Shown one piece after another: positions 18,502 to 26,970 of a DNA stretch of 64,000 nucleotides. The translations under genes were made by a program, and so were the position numbers. Origin of the DNA: Rhodoferax sp. (GTDB lineage Bacteria > Pseudomonadota > Gammaproteobacteria > Burkholderiales > Burkholderiaceae_C). How positions within the stretch are numbered: the stretch's first letter is position 1; every line of letters starts with the position of its first letter. Below the pieces are notes generated by a model. That model was given only the letters and a program-made list of their open reading frames with translations. It did not search any database and was not told the DNA's origin. Location: positions 2,700 through 66,699 of the forward strand of contig JANOYE010000093.1 in NCBI GenBank assembly GCA_031428695.1, read 5' to 3'.

Positions 18502-20526
18502 ATGTTCAACAAGATTCTGATTGCTAATCGAGGCGAAATCGCCTGCCGCGTTGCCGCAACTGCCAGACACATGGCCATCAAGACAGTGGCGGTTTACTCC
18601 GATGCTGACGTGCATTCAAAACACGTCAGCGCGTGCGACGAGGCCGTCCATATCGGTGGCAACGCGCCCAAAGACAGCTACCTGCGCTGGGAGCGCATTC
18701 TGGACGCGGCGAAAGCCTCGGGCGCGCAAGCGGTGCATCCGGGGTATGGGTTTCTCAGCGAAAACGAAGAGTTTGCGCAGGCCTGTGCGGATGCGGGGCT
18801 GGTCTTCATCGGCCCGCCGCCGTCGGCCATCAAAGCGATGGGGCTCAAGGCCGAGTCGAAGCAATTGATGGGAAAGGCGGGCGTGCCGCTGGTGCCGGGG
18901 TACCACGGGGCTGACCAGGATGCGGCCTTGCTTAAACTCGAGGCCGACAAAATCGGCTACCCCGTGCTCATCAAGGCCAGCGCCGGGGGCGGCGGCAAGG
19001 GCATGCGGGCCGTGGAAAAAACCGAAGAGTTTGACGCGGCATTGGCCTCGTGCAAACGCGAAGCCAAAAACAGTTTTGGCGATGACGCCGTGTTGGTCGA
19101 AAAATATGTGCAACGCCCGCGCCACATCGAGATTCAGGTGTTTGGCGACACGCAAGGCAACTACGTTTACCTGTTCGAGCGCGACTGCTCGGTGCAGCGC
19201 CGCCACCAAAAAGTGCTCGAAGAAGCCCCAGCGCCGGGCCTGACGCAAGCCATGCGGGAAAAGATGGGCGCCGCCGCCGTGGCGGCGGCGCGCGCGGTGA
19301 ATTATGTAGGCGCAGGTACGGTGGAGTTCATCGTCGAGCAAAAACCCGATGGCGCCATGAACTTCTTTTTTATGGAGATGAACACGCGCTTGCAGGTGGA
19401 GCACCCGGTGACAGAAGCAATCACCGGGCTGGACTTGGTGGAGTGGCAGTTGCGTGTGGCATTTGGTGAGGCGCTGCCACTGAAGCAGGAGCAGCTGCGC
19501 ATCAACGGCCATTCGATTGAAGCGCGCATTTGCTCCGAAAACCCGGACAAGAATTTTCTACCCGCCACGGGAGACTTGCGGGTTTACACCTTGCCGGAAT
19601 GTGTGACTTTCGAGCGTGGCGCCTGCCGCGTGGACTCGGGCGTCCGCGAAGGTGATTCGATTTCACCGTTCTACGACTCGATGATCGCCAAACTCATCGT
19701 CCACGGCGCCACGCGGGCCGAGGCGTTGGCGCGCATGGACGCGGCGCTGGCGCAAACGCACATCGTGGGGCTCGGCACCAACGTGCAGTTCTTGCGGCAC
19801 GTCGTTCAAAGCCGGTCGTTTTCAGAAGCCGATCTCGACACCGCCTTGATTCCGCGCGAGGCTGCGGCATTGTTCAATCAGGAAAATGTCGGCCTTGACT
19901 TGGCCGTTGCGGCCAGTGTGGCCAACAGCTTGATTGCCGAACGCAGAGCTGCCGACACGCCGGGCGCAGACGGCTGGATCGACCCGTGGGCCCGGCGCGA
20001 TGGCTGGAAACCATTTGGTGTCACCACACGGCGTTTTGATTTTGAATTCCACGGCGAAGCGGCTACGGCCACACTCACGTATCTGCACGATGGCGGGTTA
20101 CAGCTCGTCGTCGGCAACAAACCCCATCCCAGCTCAAGCGTCTTTCGCTTTCAGCCCGACGGCGACGCCATCAACATCGAGTTTGCCGGGCAACGCCAGT
20201 GCGCCACCGTGTACCAACAGGGAGATTGGGTTCATATCCACTGCCCGCACGGTGCGACTCAAATCCTCGCTATTGATTTGCTGGCCCACGCTGGCGACGC
20301 GCAGGCAGAGGGCGGCAGGTTGACCGCGCCAATGCCCGGGAAACTGGTCTCCTTCTCGGTGAAGGCGGGCGACAAAGTGGTCAAAGGCCAAGCGCTGGCG
20401 GTGATGGACGCGATGAAGATGGAGCACACCATTGCCGCCCCGGCAGATGGCTCGGTGGCCGAGCTTCTGTACGCGCCGGGCGACCAGGTGGCTGAAGGCG
20501 CAGAGCTGCTGAAGATCGCAGTTTGA
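18502..20526 (+). CDS. liuD: Methylcrotonyl-CoA carboxylase, biotin carboxylase/BCCP (alpha) subunit
   Basis: Biotin carboxylase N-terminus (KILIANRGEIACR, ATP-grasp GGGGKGMR). C-terminal biotinyl domain with the AMKMEH biotinylation motif. Confidence 0.9.
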   Translation: MFNKILIANRGEIACRVAATARHMAIKTVAVYSDADVHSKHVSACDEAVHIGGNAPKDSYLRWERILDAAKASGAQAVHPGYGFLSENEEFAQACADAGLVFIGPPPSAIKAMGLKAESKQLMGKAGVPLVPGYHGADQDAALLKLEADKIGYPVLIKASAGGGGKGMRAVEKTEEFDAALASCKREAKNSFGDDAVLVEKYVQRPRHIEIQVFGDTQGNYVYLFERDCSVQRRHQKVLEEAPAPGLTQAMREKMGAAAVAAARAVNYVGAGTVEFIVEQKPDGAMNFFFMEMNTRLQVEHPVTEAITGLDLVEWQLRVAFGEALPLKQEQLRINGHSIEARICSENPDKNFLPATGDLRVYTLPECVTFERGACRVDSGVREGDSISPFYDSMIAKLIVHGATRAEALARMDAALAQTHIVGLGTNVQFLRHVVQSRSFSEADLDTALIPREAAALFNQENVGLDLAVAASVANSLIAERRAADTPGADGWIDPWARRDGWKPFGVTTRRFDFEFHGEAATATLTYLHDGGLQLVVGNKPHPSSSVFRFQPDGDAINIEFAGQRQCATVYQQGDWVHIHCPHGATQILAIDLLAHAGDAQAEGGRLTAPMPGKLVSFSVKAGDKVVKGQALAVMDAMKMEHTIAAPADGSVAELLYAPGDQVAEGAELLKIAV

Positions 20527-21471
20527 ATGGCAGTCACGCCACCAAACCCAATGCGCATCAGCTTCTGTTGCACTGACACCAAGGCCGAGCCCTGGCTCGC
20601 TGGACTGCGTGCGGCCTTGCCGCAGGCTTCTGTAGAGGCCTGGACACCCGGCGTGCCAACCGCTGATTACGCCGTGGTCTGGGCCCCGCCACAGCAATTT
20701 GTCGATGAACAAACCGGCCTGAAAGCCATGTTCAACATCGGCGCTGGGGTCGATGCCCTGATGGGTCTGAAGATTCCCGCAACCATGAAGGTGGTGCGGC
20801 TCGACGACGCCGGCATGTCCGCGCAAATGGTGGAGTACGTGTGCCACGCCGTGATCCGCCATTTTCGCGAATTCGATGCCTACGAAGCCGATACGAGACA
20901 GGGCAAATGGTCGTACCGCAAGCCGCGCAGCCGGGCTGATTTTCCGGTGGGTGTGATGGGTTTGGGCGTTTTGGGCGCCAGCGTGGCGCAAGCGGTTGCC
21001 CGATTTGGTTTTCCAGTGCTGGGCTGGAGCCGCACGGCCAAGCAGATTGACGGTGTGGCCTGCCATGCCGGCGCCGCTCAGTTTGACAGCTTCCTCGCGG
21101 GCGCCCAGGTGCTGGCGTGCCTGTTGCCGCTGACGCCCGAGACACGCGACATTGTGAATGCCGCAAACCTCGCCAAACTTCGGCCAGGCGCCTACGTGAT
21201 CAACGTGGCCCGGGGCGCGCACGTGGTCGACGAAGACCTGATCGCCCAGATTGACAGCGGCCACCTCAGCGGCGCGATGCTTGACGTGTTTCGCATCGAG
21301 CCGCTGCCTGCCGCACACGCCTTCTGGAAACATCCGAAAATAACCCTCACGCCGCACACTTCGGCGCGCACGCTGCGTGAAGAAAGCATCGCCCAAATCG
21401 CCGGGAAGATTGTGAAAATGGCACAGGGGGAGCCGGTTGCCGGCACTGTGGAGCCTGGCCGGGGTTATTGA
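20527..21471 (+). CDS. D-2-hydroxyacid dehydrogenase (glyoxylate/hydroxypyruvate reductase A-like)
   Basis: Collinear with GhrA-type enzymes (ADYAVVWAPP, GVMGLGVLG NAD fold, INVARGAHVVDEDL, HPKITLTPHTSA). An alternative start is ATG 20551. Confidence 0.8.
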   Translation: MAVTPPNPMRISFCCTDTKAEPWLAGLRAALPQASVEAWTPGVPTADYAVVWAPPQQFVDEQTGLKAMFNIGAGVDALMGLKIPATMKVVRLDDAGMSAQMVEYVCHAVIRHFREFDAYEADTRQGKWSYRKPRSRADFPVGVMGLGVLGASVAQAVARFGFPVLGWSRTAKQIDGVACHAGAAQFDSFLAGAQVLACLLPLTPETRDIVNAANLAKLRPGAYVINVARGAHVVDEDLIAQIDSGHLSGAMLDVFRIEPLPAAHAFWKHPKITLTPHTSARTLREESIAQIAGKIVKMAQGEPVAGTVEPGRGY

Positions 21472-21519
21472 GCCTGGCGTGAAACTGTTGAAATTTGCAT
21501 TGAATAAAGAGAGATTGAT

Positions 21520-22440
21520 ATGAGCTTGCCTACCCGAGTCAAATTGGTTGACGTTGGCCCACGCGATGGCCTGCAAAATGAAAAACTGCCGGTCAGCGCG
21601 GCGGTGAAGATCGAGCTGGTGCACCGCTTGCAGGCGGCGGGCCTGAAGGAGATTGAGGTCACCAGTTATGTCAGCCCCAAGTGGGTGCCGCAAATGGGTG
21701 ACAACGCGCAAGTGATGGCGGGTATTGAACGTCGCCCAGACGTGCGTTATTCGGTGCTGGTGCCCAACATGAAAGGCATGGCGTCTTTGCTGGGAGCGCC
21801 TCGCGCGTTCTGGCCGCAGGAGATTGTGGTGTTCGCCGCGGCCAGTGAGGCTTTCAGCCACCGCAACATCAACTGTTCGATTGACGAAAGCATCGAACGC
21901 TTCCGCCAGGTCGCTGACGCGGCAAAGGCCAACGGCATTTACGTGCGAGGCGCCATTTCGTGCGCGGTCGGGTGCCCGTACGAAGGGGAAGTTTCGCCCG
22001 CAGCGGTTGGCAAGGTCGCGGCTGCGCTCAAAGGCATTGGCGTGCAGCATGTGGGCGTGGCCGACACCATTGGCGTGGGCACACCGCTCAAAGTGCAGCG
22101 CGCCATGGAAGCCACGTTGAAACACTATGACATCAACGATGTTTCCGGCCACTTTCACGACACCTACGGCCAGGCGCTGGGCAACACCCTGGCAGCCTTG
22201 CAAATGGGCATTTGGCAATTCGACACCTCGGTGGCCGGCCTGGGCGGCTGCCCTTACGCCAAAGGCGCGACCGGCAACGTGGCCTCGGAAGACGTGGTCT
22301 ACATGCTCGACGGCATGGGCATTGAAACTGGGGTGAGCCTGGACAAACTCATTGACGCAGGCAAGTTCATCAGCGATTTTCTGGACCGCAAGCCCAATTC
22401 CCGCGCCGCTACCGCACTGCTGAACAAACGCGCAGGCTGA
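21520..22440 (+). CDS. liuE: Hydroxymethylglutaryl-CoA lyase
   Basis: VKLVDVGPRDGLQNE, ADTIGVGTP, HFHDTYGQALGN and GLGGCPYAKGATGNV blocks. Confidence 0.9.
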   Translation: MSLPTRVKLVDVGPRDGLQNEKLPVSAAVKIELVHRLQAAGLKEIEVTSYVSPKWVPQMGDNAQVMAGIERRPDVRYSVLVPNMKGMASLLGAPRAFWPQEIVVFAAASEAFSHRNINCSIDESIERFRQVADAAKANGIYVRGAISCAVGCPYEGEVSPAAVGKVAAALKGIGVQHVGVADTIGVGTPLKVQRAMEATLKHYDINDVSGHFHDTYGQALGNTLAALQMGIWQFDTSVAGLGGCPYAKGATGNVASEDVVYMLDGMGIETGVSLDKLIDAGKFISDFLDRKPNSRAATALLNKRAG

Positions 22441-22443
22441 GCG

Positions 22444-22977
22444 ATGTGCGGCGCTGAGCTCAAAAGCCTTCCCGATTCCGTGCAGCGCGTCGCGCAGGTG
22501 CTGCAAGCCCACAACCACGCCCATGCGCCGGTGATGCTGGATGACGCGGCCCGCACCGCGCAGCAGGCCGCTGACGCACTGGGCATTGTGGTCGGGCAAA
22601 TCGCCAAAAGCATCATTTTCAGGCGCAAGGCCGATGACGTGGCGGTGCTCGTCATCACCTCTGGCGACCGTCGCGTTGATGAAAAGAAGGTCGAGGCCTT
22701 GGTCGGCAAGCTGGGCCGCGCCGACGCCGACTTTGTGAAAACCGCAACCGGCTTCAGCATTGGCGGTGTAGCGCCGCTGGCGCATGCTGCAGCGCCCGTC
22801 ACGCTGATTGACCGCGAATTGTTCCGCTTCAGCGAGATCTGGGCCGCTGCGGGCCACCCGAACGCGGTGTTCAAACTTACGCCGCAAGATTTGGAGCGGA
22901 TGTGCAAAGCGCCCGTTGCAGACGTGGCGGCCGGCTTGGCGGCCAACCGGCGGCCAAGCCATGAAACAGCGCCATGA
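22444..22977 (+). CDS. YbaK/EbsC-type aminoacyl-tRNA editing domain protein
   Basis: GQIAKSIIFR ... SIGGVAPLAH blocks typical of the YbaK/ProX family. Confidence 0.75.
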   Translation: MCGAELKSLPDSVQRVAQVLQAHNHAHAPVMLDDAARTAQQAADALGIVVGQIAKSIIFRRKADDVAVLVITSGDRRVDEKKVEALVGKLGRADADFVKTATGFSIGGVAPLAHAAAPVTLIDRELFRFSEIWAAAGHPNAVFKLTPQDLERMCKAPVADVAAGLAANRRPSHETAP

Positions 22978-23213
22978 GTGACGTCTTCACCACGCGCGCC
23001 CCGCTGCACGCCGTTCCTTCGCCCTGCATCGCCGTCTGCGCCATGAACCCGGCGAGTGATTTTTGCGACGGTTGCCAACGCACGATCGACGAAATCGCCG
23101 CCTGGTCAACCATGGACAACACGGAGAAGCGGCAGGTCTGGGCGCGCATTGGCCAGCGCAGGGCAGGCGCCGCCGCGCTGCAAACGCCGGTACCCGGTCG
23201 CGGTCAAAGTTAA
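22974..23213 (+). CDS. DUF1289-family small Cys-rich protein
   Basis: SPCIAVCAMNPASDFCDGCQRTIDEIAAW (CxxC...CxxC). ATGA overlap with the upstream gene. Confidence 0.75.
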   Translation: MSDVFTTRAPLHAVPSPCIAVCAMNPASDFCDGCQRTIDEIAAWSTMDNTEKRQVWARIGQRRAGAAALQTPVPGRGQS

Positions 23214-23232
23214 ACCCTCCTTCGGTCTGCCT

Positions 23233-23883
23233 GTGAAACACATCACTTTTTATTTTGACTTCATCTCGCCCTACGCGTACCTCGCCTTTGAGAAGTTGCC
23301 GCAGGCGCTGCAGGGCCATAGTTACAGCGTGACCTATCAGCCGGTGTTGTTCGCCGGGCTGTTGAAACACCATGGGCAGCTGGGCCCCGCCGAGATTGCC
23401 GGCAAACGCGAGTGGACCTACCGCCAGGTGATGTGGTTGGCAGAAAGGCACGGCACGCCGCTCTTGATGCCCAAAACCCACCCCTTCAACCCCTTGGCGC
23501 TGTTGCGGCTGGCCTTCGCCGCTGCGCCGCTTGGGGCCGATGGCGGCACGCCCAACCGCTTTGTCTGTGAGAGCATCTTCCGGCATGTCTGGCAGTCCGG
23601 CCTGGACGCAGGCGACCTGGCGCGCCTTGCGCAACTCGTGGCGCAGTTGCAGCCGGCACTTGGCTTCGACGATGCCGCCGTGAAAGAGCGGCTCAAAGCC
23701 AGCACGCAGCAGGCCATTGACAGCGGCGTTTTTGGCGTGCCCACCCTGCGCGTTGACGACAAACTGTTTTGGGGCCTGGACGCCTTGCCGATGCTGCGGG
23801 ACTACCTGGACCAAACGCCCTGGTTTGTTTCGCCCGCCTGGCACGACGCGGCGCAGGTGCCGGTGGGCCAGGCCAGAACCTGA
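23233..23883 (+). CDS. 2-hydroxychromene-2-carboxylate isomerase / DsbA-like thioredoxin-fold protein
   Basis: ITFYFDFISPYAYLAF N-terminus and GVFGVPTLRVDDKLFWGLD. GTG 23233 is chosen as start within track ORF 23056..23883; the start is uncertain. Confidence 0.75.
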   Translation: MKHITFYFDFISPYAYLAFEKLPQALQGHSYSVTYQPVLFAGLLKHHGQLGPAEIAGKREWTYRQVMWLAERHGTPLLMPKTHPFNPLALLRLAFAAAPLGADGGTPNRFVCESIFRHVWQSGLDAGDLARLAQLVAQLQPALGFDDAAVKERLKASTQQAIDSGVFGVPTLRVDDKLFWGLDALPMLRDYLDQTPWFVSPAWHDAAQVPVGQART

Positions 23884-24039
23884 GGCCCGCCGGAGCGCCG
23901 CCGCTTGCCGCAGGAGCGGGTTCAATTTTAAATTAATTTGTATGTTAATAAATTGATGAAATTGAGTAAAAATTAACATGTATGTTAATTGTTGACGCAA
24001 TTTTCGTCAACGTTCAAAAATATGAACATTTTCGCCATC

Positions 24040-24084
24040 CAAGTCACGTGAAATGGCCATTTGTTGCTATATATAATATAGCGT
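24040..24084 (+). repeat. 45-bp AT-rich composite motif, copy D
   Basis: CAAGTCACGT-N16-GCTATATATAATA-TAGCGT in the AT-rich island 23920-24110. Confidence 0.7.
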
Positions 24085-24110
24085 CCATCCGGTTGCAAAA
24101 TAAGTGGATC

Positions 24111-24404
24111 ATGTTATTGGCCGTCCTTGTCCTGAAAAGCCTGTTGGAGTTGTCGCTGATGGCGATCGCCGGCCGCTTCGTGTTGGGCCTGATGGCGGGC
24201 GCCCAGCGCCGGGGCAACCTCTTTTGGCAGGTGCTGGACATCGCGGCCAGGCCGGCGCTCGGGTTGACGCGGCGGGTCAGCCCGAGCTTCGTGCTGGACC
24301 GTCACATCCCGCTGGCCGCCGCCAGTTGGTTGTTGGTCGCCTGGGTGTTGATGCTGGCGCTCAAAATTGAGCTTTGCGCCACTGCGGCCACCGCTTGCCG
24401 CTGA
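24111..24404 (+). CDS. Small hydrophobic membrane protein (unknown function)
   Basis: 97 aa from ATG 24111 with two or three hydrophobic helices. The upstream in-frame extension to 23982 lies in the AT-rich island and is rejected. Confidence 0.45.
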   Translation: MLLAVLVLKSLLELSLMAIAGRFVLGLMAGAQRRGNLFWQVLDIAARPALGLTRRVSPSFVLDRHIPLAAASWLLVAWVLMLALKIELCATAATACR

Positions 24405-24415
24405 CCGCCCCGCCC

Positions 24416-24712
24416 ATGCAAGCCCGGCAACCCCCTTTGCAGGAAACGCAGTTGCATGCGCAAGCCCAGCGCCAATTGCACTGGCGCAAAACGGTTGGGT
24501 TGACCTGCAGCTTGTTGGCGCTGTGGTTTTTCGTGAGTTTTGTGCTGGTTTTTTTTGCCCGTGCAATGAGCTTCAAGCTGTTCGGGTGGCCGTTTTCATT
24601 TTGGCTGGCAGGCCAGGGCGCGCTGATCGCGTATTGCCTGATCGTCTGGTTTTATGCCCGTCGCATGAACCGGCTGGACGCCGAATTCGCGCCCGCGGAC
24701 GAGCCCGGCTGA
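24416..24712 (+). CDS. DUF4212 small subunit of a solute:sodium symporter
   Basis: Two TM helices and the FKLFGWPFSFWLAGQGALI motif. It lies immediately upstream of an SSS-family permease. Confidence 0.75.
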   Translation: MQARQPPLQETQLHAQAQRQLHWRKTVGLTCSLLALWFFVSFVLVFFARAMSFKLFGWPFSFWLAGQGALIAYCLIVWFYARRMNRLDAEFAPADEPG

Positions 24713-24719
24713 GCCCCGC

Positions 24720-26828
24720 ATGTTCGGCTCCAGCAACCAGACACCGGCCGAGTTCAGGAAGAGCCTGAACAAGGTCTACGCCTGGTACACGCTGGGCTTC
24801 ATCCTCTTTGTGCTGGCGGTGGCGGCCCTGGAGCAAATGGGCCTGTCCCGAAACGGCATCGGCTACTTCTTCCTGGTGGCCACCGTGCTGGTCTACGCCA
24901 GCATCGGCATCATGAGCCGCACCAGCGACGCTGCCGAGTATTACGTTGCCGGGCGGCGTGTGCCCGCCGTCTACAACGGCATGGCGACGGCCGCGGACTG
25001 GATGTCGGCGGCGTCGTTCATCAGCATGGCCGGCACCCTGTACCTGAGCGGTTACGGCGGCCTGGCGTTTGTCATGGGCTGGACGGGTGGTTATTGCCTG
25101 GTGGCGCTGTTCCTCGCGCCCTATCTGCGCAAGTTCGGCCAATTCACCATTCCGGATTTTCTCGGCGCGCGTTTTGACGGCAATTTGCCGCGCGTGATCG
25201 GCGCCCTGGGCGCCATCCTGTGCTCCTTCACCTACGTGGTGGCGCAGGTCTACGGCATCGGGCTGATCACCACGCGGCTGACCGGCCTGGCCTTCGAGAT
25301 CGGCATTTTCGCGGGCCTGGCGGGCATTCTGGTGTGTTCCTTCCTGGGCGGCATGCGCGCCGTCACCTGGACCCAAATCGCGCAGTACATTGTGTTGATC
25401 ATCGCCTACCTGCTGCCTGCCGTCTGGCTGTCGGTGAAACACACCGGCATGCCGGTGCCGCAGGTGGTTTATGGCTACACGCTGGAAAAAGTCACCCAAA
25501 CCGAAGGGAAAATCCTCAACGATCCCAAGGAGATGGAGGTGCGCCGGTTGTTTCAGCTGCGCTCGCTGGAGGCGGCGGCCAAGCTCAAGGATGTGCCTGC
25601 GGCCATGGCGGCGGACCGGGCCGTGGCGAAGAAGAGACTCGACGACCTGCGAAGCGTCAACGCGCCGTTCACCGACATCCGGGGCGCCGAAAGCGCGCTG
25701 GCCGCGCTGCCCAAGGATGTGGAATCGGCGCGTGCGCAATACGTGGCCGCACAGTTGTCCAATGCGGCGCGGGCGCAGCCGCCGGCGCCCCACGCGCAGC
25801 CGTTTCCGGGGGCGAACGAAGACGCCAGCGATGTCGCGCGCAAGAATTTCATGGCGCTGGTGTTTTGCCTGATGATCGGCACGGCCGCCCTGCCGCACAT
25901 CCTGATCCGCTACTACACCACGCCCTCGGTGCGGGAAGCGCGTGAGTCGGTCGGCTGGTCGCTGTTTTTCATCTTCCTGCTGTATTTCACAGCGCCCGCG
26001 TTGGCGGTGTTGGCAAAATTTGAAATCTACACCGTGCTGGTGAACACCCCTTTTGACCGGCTGCCGGAGTGGATTGCGCGCTGGAGCAGTGTCGACAAAA
26101 CGCTGGTTTCGGCGGTCGACATGAACAAGGACGGCATCCTGCAACTGGCTGAGCTGGTGATTGGCGGCGACGTGATTGTGCTGGCCACGCCGGAAATCGG
26201 TGGCATGCCGTATGTGGTGTCGGGCCTGGTCGCCGCCGGCGGCTTGGCTGCGGCCCTGTCCACGGCCGACGGACTGCTGCTGACCATCGCCAACGCCCTG
26301 TCCCACGACCTGTATTTCAAAATCCTCAATCCGAAGGCTTCGGCGACCAACCGCGTGATGGTGTCAAAATTCCTGCTGCTGGTGGCCGCCCTGGGCGCCG
26401 CGTATGTGGCGGTGCACAAACCCGCGGACATCCTGTTTCTCGTGTCGGCCTCCTTTTCATTTGCCGCCGCCACTTTTTTCCCGGCGCTGACACTGGGCAT
26501 TTTCTGGAAACGCGCCAACAAATGGGGGGCTTCGGCCGGCATGCTGGCAGGGCTTGGCACCACGCTCTATTACATGTGCCAGACCCAGCCCTGGCTGTAT
26601 GCGCTGACCCACCCTGGCGCCTTGTCCCCGGAAATTCTCAAGGCCAACCTCTGGTGGGACATTGAGCCAATTTCGGCAGGCCTGTTTGGTGTTCCAGCGG
26701 CGTTCCTGGTCACCCTTGTGGTCTCCCTCCTCACCCCCCCGCCGAGCCGCGCGGCGACGGAATTGGTCGACTTTGTGCGGCTGGCGCAGGACGAGCCATC
26801 GCTGACTGGCGGCGTCGGCAGCCGCTGA
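24720..26828 (+). CDS. Sodium:solute symporter family permease (VC_2705/ActP-like large subunit)
   Basis: 702 aa with multiple TM helices, SSS blocks (YYVAGRRVPAVYNGMATAADWMSAASFISMAG) and a large soluble loop. Paired with DUF4212. Confidence 0.9.
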   Translation: MFGSSNQTPAEFRKSLNKVYAWYTLGFILFVLAVAALEQMGLSRNGIGYFFLVATVLVYASIGIMSRTSDAAEYYVAGRRVPAVYNGMATAADWMSAASFISMAGTLYLSGYGGLAFVMGWTGGYCLVALFLAPYLRKFGQFTIPDFLGARFDGNLPRVIGALGAILCSFTYVVAQVYGIGLITTRLTGLAFEIGIFAGLAGILVCSFLGGMRAVTWTQIAQYIVLIIAYLLPAVWLSVKHTGMPVPQVVYGYTLEKVTQTEGKILNDPKEMEVRRLFQLRSLEAAAKLKDVPAAMAADRAVAKKRLDDLRSVNAPFTDIRGAESALAALPKDVESARAQYVAAQLSNAARAQPPAPHAQPFPGANEDASDVARKNFMALVFCLMIGTAALPHILIRYYTTPSVREARESVGWSLFFIFLLYFTAPALAVLAKFEIYTVLVNTPFDRLPEWIARWSSVDKTLVSAVDMNKDGILQLAELVIGGDVIVLATPEIGGMPYVVSGLVAAGGLAAALSTADGLLLTIANALSHDLYFKILNPKASATNRVMVSKFLLLVAALGAAYVAVHKPADILFLVSASFSFAAATFFPALTLGIFWKRANKWGASAGMLAGLGTTLYYMCQTQPWLYALTHPGALSPEILKANLWWDIEPISAGLFGVPAAFLVTLVVSLLTPPPSRAATELVDFVRLAQDEPSLTGGVGSR

Positions 26829-26845
26829 GTCCGGCACGGCTCGCA

Positions 26846-26904
26846 GTCAGTTTCAAGTCAGTTGAGCGTCAGTCTGTGTTGGTTTCATGTCAGAGATGGG
26901 TCAG
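26846..26904 (+). repeat. Five helically phased GTCAG pentamers
   Basis: GTCAG at 26846, 26857, 26868, 26889 and 26900 (offsets 0, 11, 22, 43, 54) between the SSS stop and the MFS start. Confidence 0.5.
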
Positions 26905-26970
26905 TGCTGCCACCCACAATCCAAGTCGGCCCTCAAGGTGAGGACTCATCAATTATTTGGAGACAAACCC

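Noticed and set aside
20134-22962. 942-aa ORF on the minus strand
   Set aside because: It lies antisense to four well-supported plus-strand genes (liuD 3' end, 2-hydroxyacid dehydrogenase, liuE, ybaK-like). The Arg/Ala/Gly-rich, low-complexity translation is typical of shadow ORFs in GC-rich DNA.
24040-24055. parS-like TCACGTGAAA in motif copy D
   Set aside because: Only about 10 of 16 positions match the tGTTTCACGTGAAACa consensus as I recall it, and the other eight motif copies lack the second half-site.
23982-24110. In-frame 43-codon extension of the small membrane protein through island D
   Set aside because: The extension is extremely AT-rich with atypical codons and covers the repeat/hairpin/motif region. 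ATG 24111 precedes the hydrophobic protein body.
24573-26306. 577-aa ORF on the minus strand
   Set aside because: It is antisense to the SSS symporter, and its translation has no recognisable motifs. GC-rich shadow ORF.
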